A DNA stretch of 64,000 nt, taken from the NCBI GenBank assembly GCA_001179505.1, contig CDMY01000624.1, positions 186,001 to 250,000 of the forward strand, read 5' to 3'. This DNA comes from Vitrella brassicaformis CCMP3155 (Eukaryota > Protista > Chromerida). Positions 36,883 to 50,865 of this stretch are shown in pieces (within the stretch, counting starts at the first letter, position 1; every line of letters starts with the position of its first letter). The translations under genes were made by a program, and so were the position numbers. The notes below the pieces were generated by a model. It saw only the letters and a list, made by a program, of their open reading frames with translations, ran no database searches and was not told the DNA's origin.

Positions 36883-37740
36883 CGGGCTGACCTTTGTGAA
36901 GGGGTCGTAGCGGAAGAATGGTATGGTGGGGTTGGCGATGAGTGAGCTCTCGAGGTGGAACCGCCCGTCAGCCACAAACACAGCCACATCCACTGCAGAG
37001 CCGTCCAGTTTGGGCGACGTGCAGCCCAACACCTCACCGGCAGACAGCGGCCGAGACTGCGGGATGACCGGCGGAGTGGCAAAGTGTCCCTGCTCCACCA
37101 GCAGGTCCCTGGCCCGGTGGAGCGTCGAGCTGAACTGGATGGTGCCCAGAAGAGCCACCTTTTGCTGTCTGTCCAGGTTGCACCTGATGGTGTCGGCCAG
37201 GTGCCGGGCGTCGAGCTGGATGTCCACGTGGACGTACATGCACCGCACGTCAGTCTGGTCGTTGACGGGCACCAGACACGAGTGGCCGTAGTGCACCAGG
37301 AAGTCCACACCGACGGCCTTCGCTGTGAGGTCGTCGATGCAGCAGGCGCCGTACGTGACGTCGCCCAGGATGATCACCTCAGCATCAGGACAAAAGTGGG
37401 TGATGATGTTGGCGATGGCGGGGGCGAAGACGAGCAGGCCTTCGGGCATCTGCAGGCCGACGTGTGTGAAGCCCTCCCGGCGGATTCGCCAGATGGTCTT
37501 GGGCAGCTCGAAGGTGTAGTTGGGCGGCAGGGCGATGGAGATGGCCTGCTGCAGCTCAGCATCCTCGGCGATCTCTGCCGGCACGCGGGAAGCGACCTTG
37601 GCGGCCGGACGATGATTAGATCCGGCGGAGCCCTGCCCAACGAGCGATAGAGAGGCGCTCTCTGTCATCTGTTCTGCTTCTCCTGTGGATGAAGCTCGCA
37701 ACGCAAGCTTAGCTCGCAAAGAAGTGCGGAATCGGAGCAT
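35974..37740 (-). CDS. DPH1: Diphthamide biosynthesis protein 1 (ACP transferase subunit); start at 37740 or 37668
   Basis: [110 protein letters not shown]. Confidence 0.96.
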
Positions 37741-38048
37741 GGCACAGAGTGCATCATGCGGAAGAAAACCCCGCAACGAAATGAATTCCGACGAAAAAGG
37801 AGAAAATTGCCGGTTAAGGCTAAGAGCGAAGCTTCTCCTCGTGCGCGAAGGTGAGATACACACGCCGGCCGGCAGTATATATGGATAGATCAGCCACAGA
37901 TTCGGACGCAGCACAGCTCACCGCAGCAGCGGCAGTTATTGCTGACATTAGTTGTGCATGTGTGTGATGGCTGCTGTACAGACGCCCTGGCCGGCTGACA
38001 GAGGCGGCGCAGTAGCACAAGACCGACCCGAAGGTGCGGTGCGCACCC

Positions 38049-38079
<31 letters not shown>

Positions 38080-38185
38080 TGGACGCACAAAGATGCAATC
38101 AATGCTTCACACACATGCACACGCCCTTCTCGCCGTGTTTGGCTCAGCGGAGTTGGGTCGTCATTATCCATCTAGCGCGTCTGAC

Positions 38186-38800
38186 ATGTGGTTGTTCGGC
38201 GGCGGTGCTTCCCAGCCGAGCGACCACCACGGCAGACGCAAGAAATACTCGCTCGAAAACCTCATGTATGTGAGTGTGTCTGTGTCTTGGGTGGACGTTT
38301 GACACACACGCACACCGATGAGTGTCTGTCTGTGTGTCTGTGTGTGTGTCTGCAGGTATCTGTATCAGCAGCTCAATCGCTACAAGGACAAGTGAGGCAG
38401 CCACATCTCACGCACACACACAACGCGCACGTGTGTGTGTGTGTGTGTGCTTCTGTCTGTCAGGGATCTGTCGCACGACTCGTCGAGTCACTTGGCGCCG
38501 ACGATAGAGATCATCCGGTCCATCGCCGAGCTCATGATATGGGGCGACCAACACGAAGAGGAATACTTCTTCGAGTCAGCAAACGAGCCAACAAGCCAAG
38601 CCACCGCCTTTGTTTGTGACGCCTCCCTCTGTGAGTGTGCGTGTGTGTGTGTGTAGTTTTTTCTGTGAGAAGAACATTCTGTCCTACTTCATCAAGATCT
38701 TGAGCATGAAGGTGGCCAAGCCGGTCAAGGTGCAGTTGCTGCAGACGCTGTCGATCCTCGTGCAGAACATCAACAGGGAAACCAGCATCTGTAAAAACGG

Positions 38801-38831
<31 letters not shown>

Positions 38832-40167
38832 GACGGCGTGTGTGGGAGATACACCAGCATAGCACACTTGTGTGTGTGTGTGTGTGTGTGTGTAGATTAT
38901 CTGCTGTCCAACAACCACGTCAATTCGCTCATATCGACGCCATTCGAATGGGAAGACGAAGAGATCCTCGGTGGGTCGGCCATTCAGCAAAAAATGGACA
39001 CCTGTGTGCGTCTGTATATGTGTGTGTGTCGGTGTGTGGGTGTCATGCAGCCTACTACATCACGTTCCTGAAGTCTCTGTCGCTCAAGCTCAACAAGGAG
39101 ACAGTCAAGTTCTTCTACAACGAGGTCAGTCAGTGAGTCCGTTAAGACATGACTCGACTCGCTGCATCTATCGGTGGTGGTGGTGGTGTGTCTTTGGTGG
39201 TTGGTGCGGTGCGTGCAGCGTGCGCATCACTTCCCGCTGTACACGGAGGCCATCAAGTTCTTCAACCACAAGGACAGGTGAGGTACACACACACCGCACT
39301 CAACTCAGCTCAACAGACACACGCATTGGATTGGAAATGGCTGTTTTCGTTCCCACTGTGTGTGTGTGTGTGTGTGTGTGCGTGTGTGTGTGTGTGTGTG
39401 TCAGCATGGTCCGGACGTCTGTGCGCACGCTCACACTCAACGTGTTCGGAGGTCAGATGGATAAATGGATGGATGGATGGATGTGGGTGTGATTGTGTCA
39501 ATTTGACTGACTGACTGATGTGTTCAAAATGATTGTGTTGTGTTGGTGGTCAATCACACAGTGTCCGACCCGTCGATGCGCCACTTCATCCTCTCCCAGG
39601 AGAGCAGGTTCTTCACTCACGTGGTAGGAATATCCGTGTGTTGTGTGCGGGCCCCCATGACATGAGTGTCTTGTCTGTGTGGTGTGGGTGGGGACTTTTT
39701 GTTCTAGGCGACGTATTTGGTGGACATGTGGCTGAAGATGGAGCTCACCATCAACACAAAGAGTGCGATCGAGGGCCTCGGGTCGCTGCCAGAGCAATTC
39801 GGTCAGGAAACCTACACACACACAACAGCACAGCAACAGACAACACAGCAGCGAACTGCAGATGTGTGTGTGTGGGGGGGGGTATGTTTCAATGAAATGC
39901 AGAGGAGCACGAGGATCTGCTGCTGTACGTGTCGGACATACTGAGCATGCAGATCGACGGCATCAACAAGGTATGCCTGCACATCCTCACAACCACACCC
40001 ACACAATGTGAAATACGGATCGATCTCGCTCCTTCAGCTGCTGACGAGCCGTCTCTTTCGGCACGCCCTCTACCCCGTCCTGATACGCTCCATACTCAGG
40101 GGCAAAGAGGTCAGAACATCATACAACAACAACAACAACAACACACATTCACACACAAACACACAGA

Positions 40168-40203
<36 letters not shown>

Positions 40204-43200
40204 AATGGACAACTGCTCGTGTGCAAGTATACCTGTGTATGGTTTGGCAGCCCGTCGCGTCATCCCACAAGGGCGGCGGGCCGTCGCCCACCCCTGCTGC
40301 AATGGACGGCCCTGTCGACGACCGGGAAGAGGTGCATCCCGCCTGATACACGTCCCCACATCCATCCATCCATCCATCAGTGTGTGTGTGTTTGACTTGA
40401 CTGGGCTGACAGGCGAGTGCAGATGACGGCAGGACGGACCACACATCGGCCGACGAGGGAGAGGTACACATGCTGGTTGGTGTGTGGGTGCTGTGCTGCA
40501 TCTGGGTGTGGACGTCTTTCTTTGTTCTTGTCGTTTTTTGTCTTGTCAGTCGAGCGCGTCACTGCTGTCGCCGACTCTGGCCATCTACCTGGTCAACAGA
40601 ATACTCATGGTACCATGAGGGCCACAGCCACATCCACACACCCACCTAGGATAGGATGATACACTCTCGGCATATACGTGTGTGGTTTGTTTCTTTGCCG
40701 TGTGCAGGTGTTGTATTCCCACCCCTGTATAGCCATCCCCCTCACATCGGCCGTCATGAACACCAAAATGGGTACGTCTCGTCCCTACGCACAATCTCAT
40801 CTCTCTGTCTGTCTGCCTACACGAAGTCGTCTTAATTCGGGTGCGCCTGCCTGCTCAGGTCACCACACGTACGGCAAGATAGCAGAGGCACCCACCAACA
40901 GCAGCAACACCAACAAGTGAGAGTCGGGCAACGACCGGCATTGACACACTCACTCAACACACACAACACCCCTCCATCGATCGCATCGATCGGATGGTTT
41001 CAGTGAGCACGACACAGACGAGAGCGACCAAGACTTATTAGAGGAAGGTACGCTTCGCACACACACATACAGACTCTCTCATACCGACACCCATACGCAC
41101 ACACACACTGATAGATGTGCCCAACGGCGGTCTGAGCAACCCCGTCCGCAGAAGACTTATCGAAATGCTCGGGGCAAGCCAAATGCCCCCCCCCCCCACA
41201 CATGTGGGTGGGGTCTGATTCCGTCGTTCGTTATCTCTTTCAGAGTAGCCCGTCGAGCGACTCGTTTGTCTTTGTGTGCGTGGCCCTGCTGGACACCGCC
41301 ATGAAGCACACGAAAACATTCACAAGGGTACGGTGCGGTGGGTCGGGGGCTGTTGGGTCATGCAGCAAGCAAATCGATGACAACTTTGAGTGCAATGTGA
41401 CGTACGTGTGTGCAGCCGTTCCTTGAGTCATGCAGAATTCTCCCACCACGGTAGGTCGGATGCACACCCTCACACACACACACACACGTGTGCTGTACTG
41501 TGTCTGCCCGTCAGGTTCGATTCGCGCCAGCTGCTGCGCAACCTGGGCGTCTCCAAGACGCCCACACACGAGGACACGCAAGCCGCCCGGCAACCACAGC
41601 AACCACAGCAAGACAACCGTCAGCACCACCACAATGAAACAGACAGCGCGTCCGACGCAGGTCGACCTGACGGTCTTCGTGACGGTGGTGGTGTGGGATA
41701 TGGTGTGCGCTCAAAGTCGATACCGGCCTTCGAAGCTGACGAGCGGAGGAAGAGGTAGGTGCCCACACGAAGTGTGTCGGTGGATGGATGGATGTGTGTG
41801 TGTGTGTGTGTGCACAGGCCTGCTCTGCGGCTGCATTCGCTCTTCCGACCATCCCGAGGGTGCGTACGCACGTGTGTGTGTAGATGGACACAACAAACAC
41901 ACGAATGCATTTGTGTGTGTTTATGCCTCAGAGGCGCGGAACGGAGCTCTGACGATCATGTCTGCCGGTACGTGAGTGTGCATTCAGAGGCTGTCTTGGC
42001 ACATGTGCATGTGTGTGTGTGTGTGCAGGTCTGAGGGCTCTCCCCCCTCCTCAACACCCTCTGGCGACGGATCCCCAAAGTGAGCACACACATACACACA
42101 TACACACCGTGCACACCTCCCTCCCTCTCTCTCTGCTACGTCTAGGTCTGACCCTCCTTCGTCTCTCTCCTTCTCCCTGACTCATCCACACCCACACCCC
42201 CGCACCAGCACCACCAACAAACATCACCATAGCAGCAGCAGCAACAGCAGAAGCAAGCGGGCGGCGATAGAGCCACACACACAACAAGAACAGCACACAG
42301 GTACTGCGTCTCCTGCACACTGCACAAGAGCCGAGCCGCCCGCCCACACCCAACACCCACATGTGTGTGTGTGTCTGTGTTTGTGTGTGCAGATGGTGGT
42401 GTGTCGTCCAGCAGTCGGCCGGAAGATCAGGAAGCCGACGAGTAGGCAGACCATAGTAATGCGGGCGTCGATGTGCCTTTTGTTGATGCTTGTTGTGTGG
42501 TGCGTGGCATTGGTGTGTGTAATGCTAATGCAGTGGATCCCTTGAGGTGTTTAGTTTGATGTGTTGTCTGCTGGAGGGCAGCACACAGCACATGAGGATG
42601 CTCACTGTCAGAGTGGTATCCGCACACACACACAACACACACACACACACCATTGGATATATGGGTGTGTGTCAGGTGCTCCGGCTGCTCTACAACATGT
42701 ACTTCGAGCACCATGTAAGCACGCGGCCACACACACGTCTACTTCATCTGTGTGTCCGTGAAGATATGGAAGCATCCGAAATGGGGCAAAGTCGCCAAAG
42801 AGAAGCTCATGCACGTACCAAGCCCCCTCCCCCCAACACACACATGCACACGTACACCCCCATCGTGCACGTGTGTGTCTGTCTATGTGCGCAATCACAA
42901 ACGTGTCAGCTGCTGTCGGCTCACGTGCCAAGTGCCCTCTCCCTGCTGACCATGCCGATGGGCGACCACGTCCTGGACATCTTCGAGGTGCCACACACAC
43001 ATCACACACACACATATCAACCATCATTTGTGTGTGTGTGTGTGTCCTTAGGAGGAGTGGCACATCCATCTGGCCCCTCCCATCGACATCGCATCGGTCG
43101 GCGCCGACCCACACGTGCTCCTCCCTCTCGCCACGTGTAGGCACCTGCCTGCACACACATGGCCCTATCCACACACACAGACACAGATGGATGGATGGAT

Positions 43201-44806
43201 GGCTGTACAAATGTGTGTGGATGCATCCACATGGATGTCAGCGTACTACCCCCCGTCGATTCCGCACGTGTGGCGCTTCCCGATCAAAGATGAAGACCAC
43301 ATGCGCAAGGCCATGCAGGTGTGTCTGTGTACGTGTGCGCATGGATGGATGGATGGATGTGTGTGTGTGTGTGTGTGTATGCAGACGTACCTGCTGCTGC
43401 GCAAGCTGAAGGGCGACCTGACGAGCAAACACAGGAACGACCGGATCATCGGTGCGGGAGGGCGTCCCACAGCACGCGCACATACAGCCACACAAATGAG
43501 TGCGTGTGTGTGTGGGTTGACGTGCAGATGTGCCCGGCCACCATCCGCCCCCAGTCGCCAATGGTACCCACCGACACACACAAACACACAAGAACCAACG
43601 CAGAAACAACACGTTTGTGCACGTGTGTGTGTGTGTGTGTGTAGGTGTGCCGATCACGGTGCCGTTGCCGACGAATGAGAGGGAGCGGAAAGCCATCGAC
43701 GACCCCACACAGAGATGGTGCGGGACCTTTCCCACACACACACACGCACAAGCATCCTTCTTGTTGTCATGGCGATCAGGAAGCTGCCATGCCCGTCACC
43801 CTTCCCTCTGTACGACACGCAGCAGGAGAGGGAAATGGCCCACACACGAGAAGGCACCAACTACGACCTCAACGAACGTGTGTGGGCGTGCACTCATTTG
43901 CAAAATCGCCTCCGTCTATTTGTGCGTGTGTGATGCTGTCTGTCAGGTGACCGGATCAAGTGCACCATCATCAGCCCGCAGGAGGCCAACGGCCCCCAGG
44001 CCATCACGCGCTACATCGTGCAGCACTCGTACCTCCTCCTGCTGTGCCGGCCACACCCAACCACACCAGGCCTCTCAATCGTCACGTATGGACATTCCCA
44101 ACACACACACACACTCGCCCATCCATCCATATCTGTCTGTCTCTCTGTGTTGTCTGTCAGGACTTGTGCGCCTGTGCGTTCTGTCGAGTGCATGGTTGAC
44201 CGTAGCGAGCCGCGACACCTCAGGTAGACGAACAGACAGACTCGTTGATCCTGATGTGTGCAGGCTTCTGTGTGTGTGTGGTCAGGTTGTTCATTCGATC
44301 GACCAGCCAACCGGGCGACGCTATGCGGTGCAGCAACAGGCAATACGACGCCACGTGAGCAGTGCAGCCGCCAAGCCACCCATCCATCCATATGAAATGT
44401 GTGTGTATGACACCGAGTGCAGGTCGTTGGATGTGTCGGCGGTGTCGGCCAGCTCTGCGTACGACTGGCGGGCGAAAATACCTTCGGTCAGCCAGTCCGC
44501 CCTCCCTCACACACGCATACACAAGCAGGCGTCGATATACGTACACATGGTGTGTGTGTGTGTGTGTGTGTGTGCGTGTGCGCACAGGTGTGGGAGATGC
44601 TGTTGACCTTCGAGGACGCCAAGCGATGTCTCACTGCACGGGTGAGTGAGAGCACACATGTTAGATTTTTCGAGAAGCGCGTATACATTTGTCTTGTGTC
44701 CTCTGTGTGTGTGTGTGTGGCTCTGCAGCGTTGGCTTGACGGCGGTCGGCAGCAGGTCCGGAAGAAGCTGATGGAGCACCTGCACAGATACATCACCGAA
44801 ACGTGA
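38186..44806 (+). CDS. CLEC16A: CLEC16A/TT9/GOP-1 family protein (FPL domain), more than 25 small exons
   Basis: IEIIRSIAELMIWGDQH, FFCEKNIL, VQLLQTLSILVQNI..YLLSNNHVNSLI, AYYITFLKSLSLKLNKETVKFFYNE, HFPLYTEAIKFFNH, SMVRTSVRTLTLNV; last exon ..MEHLHRYITET*. Confidence 0.92.
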
Positions 44807-45287
44807 CGGCGCACCCACAGGCAGACAGACAGACAGACAGACAGGGAGGGAGGGAGGGAGGGAGGGAGAGATGGCCATAGATAGATGAATGGGCGAGTGG
44901 GTGCGGCACGGTGGGTTGTGTGATTAGGTTGGCTGCTGCTGTGTGTACGTGTATACGTGTACGTGTACGCATGCACTCATTGATTGATGCATCCATGGGC
45001 CATGTCTATGTATTGTTGTACAGACACGCAGACAGACAGACAGACAGACAGACAGACAGGCACGGGCTTTCCTCCCCCCGCCCTCTTTCTCTTATGAAAT
45101 GACATCCCCTCATGTGAATGCGCATTCATGACCTGCACCACTCACTCGTCCTCAGGCACAAACTTCTCACCCGCACTTCCCTCTTCCTGGCGCCACAGTG
45201 GACAGTCTTCACAGCTGAAGTCCCCGCACCGGACGCGTGTAGTTGTGCCCCGTCTGAAACGAGAAGGTGGCCACCCTCCATGCTCGA

Positions 45288-45377
45288 GACTCAGTGGAGT
45301 CGGCCCCATCTGAAGAGGCCGCTCCTCAAACTCCTCTTCAGATGGGGGGCTCCCTCAAAGGCTCAGCCCGTTGGGCT
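45288..45377. other. Intergenic hairpin cluster with a perfect 15-bp inverted repeat
   Basis: CCCCATCTGAAGAGG (45304-45318) and CCTCTTCAGATGGGG (45333-45347), flanked by GACTC-AGTG-GAGTC and AGCCC-GTT-GGGCT. Confidence 0.85.
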
Positions 45378-45736
45378 ATCTCGTTTGTAACGTATGTTCA
45401 CAAAAGCCGGCCCATGCATTGTCACTGATGCGCCGAGCCATCTTGCAATGAGAAAAACTCGTGCGCCTCATGTGCGAGCTTATTGATACTGGATCTATCT
45501 CTATTCTCAGCTTCTCCGTTGGGAGGGAGGACGAGTCTGCGCAGTAGAGAGGAGCAACGTCCAAGCGGCTCGAGGTCGCCCTGCCTCTCCCCGGTCTTCC
45601 GGTCGAGCAGGTCGCCACGACAGCCCCGAACGTCTCTGACAAAGCATCGGTACGCAGATCTCTTCCCTTGTCGATCACCTGCTTACGTGTGCGATGAAAT
45701 CCATACATGGTTTTCCCTCAGACCTTTGTTTCCATC

Positions 45737-47255
45737 ATGCTTCGAGGGAGGGGCGGCTTCCGAGGTCGAGGGCGTGGCGGCCATGGAACAAAGCTGGCCA
45801 GCAGCGCGTTGATCCGCCAGTGTGTTCGCCAGGGCCGCGATACGGACAGCACTATCGAGCTGCTGCCCAAGCTGCATCACACTCTCACGTGAGCAGGAGA
45901 TGCAGTGGGGCGTCGCCAGAGATGCATGAACTGTTGTAGGGACTTGAAGAGTCAGAGGGATGGCATGAGCGCTGAGGACTTCAAGGACGCTGCCTTGCAA
46001 GAGATCAAGGTCATTTGAAGCGTGCTCGTGGCATCATCATTGAGCTTCGTGTGTGTCTCTCAGGCAAAGGTTGCTGAGGAGCGGTGGGATCTGCCACTGG
46101 TTGAGCCTGTGAAGGCAGAGAGCGAGAGCGAGACGAGGGGCGAGAATGAGACGTATGAGGGTGGAGCAGACAGCAGTGAGTTGGCAACCGTGACCAAGAT
46201 ACTGGCAGCTCTTCAGAACGAGGTGAATGCAACACGGCACTTTGCTGCGTTTTCTCTGCGTCATTGTTGTATCTGTTCTCTCTCTTTCTCTCTTGGCTTC
46301 CTTTCTGTTTGTATGAAGATTGGCGACTGGCCGACTGAGCAGCTGAAGGACAGCTTCGGCAGCATCGAGCAGCACCTCAAGACGGGTACGTGTAGAGAAT
46401 GAGAATGAAAGAATCGTGTGGACAACATCGGCCTATGTGGGTCAGGTGTCTATGATGAGGAGTCCGACTTCTTTTGCAGTGCATTTAAGGATGCATCCGT
46501 GCTCATCCAGGCGGCATACAAGGCACACCGTGAGTTGAGCGACAGCAAATGCAGCCCTCAATCAGGCTGATTTTGCCTCGCTTCACAGCATCGGTGCTCC
46601 TGAAGGACCGTGTTGTGGAGCTGGATGCAGGCGAGGAGAAGATCCTCAATCTGTCGACTGCCATGAAGAGGTGGGCGCCAACATCATGTTGAGAGGCCCG
46701 GTGACTGCATGTATGTCATGTCAGCGCGGCGAGCGATGATGCCGAGCAGGAGCTGCTGTGGATGAAGCGGATCGACGCCGTCACAGATTATCTGGACATT
46801 CTTCACAACAGCGTAGGCATGCAATGCCATTCTCATGGGCGCCTGCTCGTTTTCATTTCGTGATATCATACTACTTGCAGGCCGTCACCTTTTGCGCGGG
46901 GGTGAAGTCGGGCCCTTTGGGCTCATTCGAGAACGGGCAGAAGGAGATCATCAATGCCAGCCAAGTGAACACGACCAGAGCTGCCATTTGAATCCACTCT
47001 ACTGTCGCTTTGTGCCTATTTTCTGTGTGCAGGGGTTGGTCGACCTCTATGGCTTCGCAGCTGGTTAATTCGAAGACGCGCGAAAGGCCATCATCGATCG
47101 CAGCCAGGTGCGGCCGTGCCTGCATGCACACACGACTTGGCTTGTACTTGTTCTGTGCATGCAGGCGTTGATCGACAAGTGCGGCGAGTACGCAACACAG
47201 TGGAAGGAGCGTGTTGACCAGCTGCAGGAACGAGGGAAACAGATCCACGGTTCTC

Positions 47256-47286
<31 letters not shown>

Positions 47287-48584
47287 CAGACAGACAGACA
47301 GACAGACAAGCAGCACACATGAGGCAACTCACACACCCCTACCTCCTCTCTCTGTGTGTGTATTATCCAGAGTATCGGAAGAGCACGGAAACTGAGGCGG
47401 CAGCTGCGAAAGCTGAAGATGAAAAGTAGGTCGCATGTGTAAGCGCTGACGCAGTGATCAACAGAACACATCGTTACGTGCAGGCTGGTGAAGCAGAACA
47501 GGGAGAAACGCCAGCTGATGACTGGCACCCTGCAAGAGCTCCACGACGCCTTCATCATGCAAGCGGTAATAAATCGAACATCAGACAGCCGGGGGCTACA
47601 CAGTGGGGTCGTGGATGGTTTGTCAGAAAGAGGAGGTTCGTTCGTATGAAGCGCATCTGCGGGTCAAAGCCATAGCGGATGTCGCGAATGCTTCGACGCC
47701 TGCCTCACTTCTTCACCAGATACTCAACAAAGTGATGGTGAGTGATCCAGTTGTCTTGGGCATCGTTGACTCTCATCGTTGGACATCCTCGTGTCTTCTG
47801 TCATTCAGGCGTGGCGCGAGGATTACACCAATCACCTCCGTCGCTGGCAGCAAGGCGGCGCTCTGGCGGTCAGCATTTCTATCCATGTACCATTCCTGTC
47901 CATGTGTTCCTGTCTATTCCTGCAGATTGACATCCGTAAGTGGCTCGAGACGGTGCTGCGATGCGTCCAGGAGGAGCTGCAAAAGGCGATCGACCACCTG
48001 AAAGAGAGTGGGCACATTACCTGTAATTACAATGCCCAACAGAACAAATAAAATATCATATTCTGTTGTCCCCCTTTAGTGTTGCCCCACTACCGTGACG
48101 TCAGTATCGAGCTCGTCAGACGCCAGGCGCAGGAAATCGACCAAAATATCAGAGACAAGACGGACGCCGTAAGTCATCCGCGCGATCTCACGAGTTCGTC
48201 TTATGCCGTGCATCGTTGTTTCGTGTTTCAGATCAACTGGTGGCATATGAAGCTGCACAAGCTTACACAGAAATACGAGCAGCTGAAGGGCGACGCGCTT
48301 GCTCGCAAGCAGATCAAAGAGAAGATAGAGACCGCTGAGCAGCATTCGAAGCACCTGGTAGGCACACACACTATGGTGTATGTTGCTTGGTTTGTACGTG
48401 AGTGCGTGTCTTTCCGTCGCAGCTGCCTGGCGAGATTGAGTCCCTCGTGGCCGCCAAGGAGAAGCTCACGGCCGGGTTGGAGAAGCTCATGGTTGCGCTA
48501 GGGTGCTCCGAGCCCTCGGGCTGCATCGGGACCACTTCCCGCGCCAAGGAGTGGGTCGACGAGCACTTTCTGCGCGCCGAGTAA
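45737..48584 (+). CDS. Hypothetical multi-exon protein with N-terminal RGG motif and coiled-coil C-terminus
   Basis: MLRGRGGFRGRGRGGHG start; the first ~8 exons join in phase through GT-AG; ends ..AKEWVDEHFLRAE*. Confidence 0.7.
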
Positions 48585-48859
48585 GAGACGAAGAAGCGCA
48601 ATCACTCATATGAATGTGAATGTGTACGTGCATCTGGGCTGCCTCAGTGGTTGTTGCGACAGGCTGGATGCCCCCAGTCCGCCCCCTCCCCCCTCTCTCC
48701 ATCCTTCTTATCCATCCAGCGTGCGGACAGAGCAGAGCGAGGACATGCTGTCAGTGATTGACCTCGGCGACGACCGCATGGATGAATCGCTTATCGTGGT
48801 GGCTTCGCGAAGAGCACCCTGAGAGTGCCTGAGAGGTGCAGGTGCTGCTGGCTCGAGGC

Positions 48860-50405
48860 CGAGGGTGAGGCCTGCGTGGGTGTGTTTTCTGTGCGTGCGT
48901 GCATGGTTTGTCTGCCTGTATCATAGTGCTGATGTGCGTGTACGATTCTGATCGTTCCCTGCTGTTTGCTGCGCGACAGTGAGCCTTGTGTGTTGAGTGC
49001 ATGTTTCGCGTTTCTCTTTCTCCCTCTCTCCCTGTCCCCCTCTCCCCCNNNNNNNNNNNNNNNNNNNNNNNNNNNNNNNNNNNNNNNNNNNNNNNNNNNN
49101 NNNNNNNNNNNNNNNNNNNNNNNNNNNNNNNNNNNNNNNNNNNNNNNNNNNNNNNNNNNNNNNNNNNNNNNNNNNNNNNNNNNNNNNNNNNNNNNNNNNN
49201 NNNNNNNNNNNNNNNNNNNNNNNNNNNNNNNNNNNNNNNNNNNNNNNNNNNNNNNNNNNNNNNNNNNNNNNNNNNNNNNNNNNNNNNNNNNNNNNNNNNN
49301 NNNNNNNNNNNNNNNNNNNNNNNNNNNNNNNNNNNNNNNNNNNNNNNNCCCCCCCCTCTCTCTCTCTCTCCCTTCCTCTCTGGTGTGTTCGTGTCAGTAC
49401 GTGGTGTGTGTGACGATCGTCACATCACTGCGGACTTTCTTGTGTGTGCGTGAGCGACCATGCATATTGCAGCAATCTTTTTGCCGCTGCAGGACTGTCG
49501 TGTGTTTTGTGCGTACATGTACTGCAGTGAGCCCTTTTTCCTCCGCAGTAGCTGATTTGAATGATGCATGGATGGATGGAAAGATTGTGGGGGACGGCAT
49601 GCGTCGATTTTTCGTCGGCTTGGAAGGACAGGCAGTAACATGTCTTGATCAGATACAGTTGAATGCATGCGTTGACACACTCGCCGACACAAAGATGTGT
49701 CCGTCGTCTGTTGACGCCGCTGTTGGCTGCTGAAGGGGGGGCTGTGGAGTGACAGCATCGATGCGTACAACCACTGCTGAAGGATCGTGGATGGCGCGCC
49801 TCGTGTGCGGGAGTGGACAGTGGTTGTTGCCATCTTTTTCGTTATGGTGTACTTGTGTTCGTGGTGGACTGACATGATACCTGCGGTGCCTGTCTTGCAC
49901 CATCCGATGATACGAATGTCTTGCATGTACAAGTAACCATGCGTCTCTCTCATGCAAGTACCAAGGCAGTACCGACACTAACGCTGATAGCGTTGCACGT
50001 TCTGTGCGTCAATGCATGATTCCTCTGCTTCATCATGGTGTTGATGTGCGTGTACCATTCTAATCGTTCCCTGCTGTTGCTGCGCGACAGTGAGCCTTTT
50101 CTTTGAGTGTACGTGGGGTGTGAGCGTGAGCGACCATGTGTTTTTGCAGCGATCGCTGCAGGACTGTCGTGTGTTTGTGCGTACATGTACTGCAGTGAGC
50201 CCTTTTTCCGCTCCGCAGTCATTGCAATGACTTGAATGATGCATGGGCGCGAATGCATGCATGACCTGCGTCGATTTTTCATCGGTTTCGGACTACTAGG
50301 CAGCAATTGACAGGCAGCTACACGATTTTTCGTCGGCATGGGAGGACAGGCGGCTGCATTTCTTGATCAGTGGACGTGTGTCCGACGTCCGTTGACGTCG
50401 CTGTA
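48860..50405. repeat. Degenerate tandem duplication of a non-coding block, interrupted by an assembly gap
   Basis: GATGTGCGTGTAC(G/C)ATTCT(G/A)ATCGTTCCCTGCTGTT..GCGCGACAGTGAGCCTT at ~48930 and ~50043; GCTGCAGGACTGTCGTGTGTTT..GTGCGTACATGTACTGCAGTGAGCCCTTTTTCC at ~49485 and ~50155; GATTTTTCGTCGGC..GGACAGGC..TCTTGATCAG at ~49606 and ~50323. Confidence 0.8.
49049..49348. other. Assembly gap (300 N)
   Basis: N run counted directly; CT-rich flanks. Confidence 0.99.
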
Positions 50406-50865
50406 TATGAGGGGATGGATGAATGGATGAATGGATGGATGGATGATGGATCTGCGTGGCTGCTCATGCGTCAATTTCTCGTACAGCCTCCCACACCTGT
50501 CTCAATTTTTTCTCCCGCATGATGGACGAAACTGGCCGACATATTGTCACTTATGCGCCGATCCATTTGCACTGAACAAGGGAAATCGCTCAAGTCCGTG
50601 GATCGTGTGGAAGGTCGTGAAACTGTGCGAGCTTCGATCGCTCTGTCTTCCCCTTTTTCCGATTTTGCGACGGCAAGGGAGGGATTCTGTGGGCCCATCA
50701 GGCCACGTGGAGGCCTGACTACACCAGAGGAGACCAATAAGAGGCCACGGGACGATTTCTACCGACAACGAACAGACTTCCGGCCTCACTTGAGGCGTTG
50801 TACCCACCGCTGGCTCACATTTCTCCGTGTATTCCGCTCTACGGCTGACGGCAGCTGTCCTCACC

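Noticed and set aside
38200-44800. Many alternative-frame ORFs rich in CV/TH/HT/DG dipeptides
   Set aside because: They are translations of intronic (TG)n, (CA)n and (GGAT)n microsatellites.
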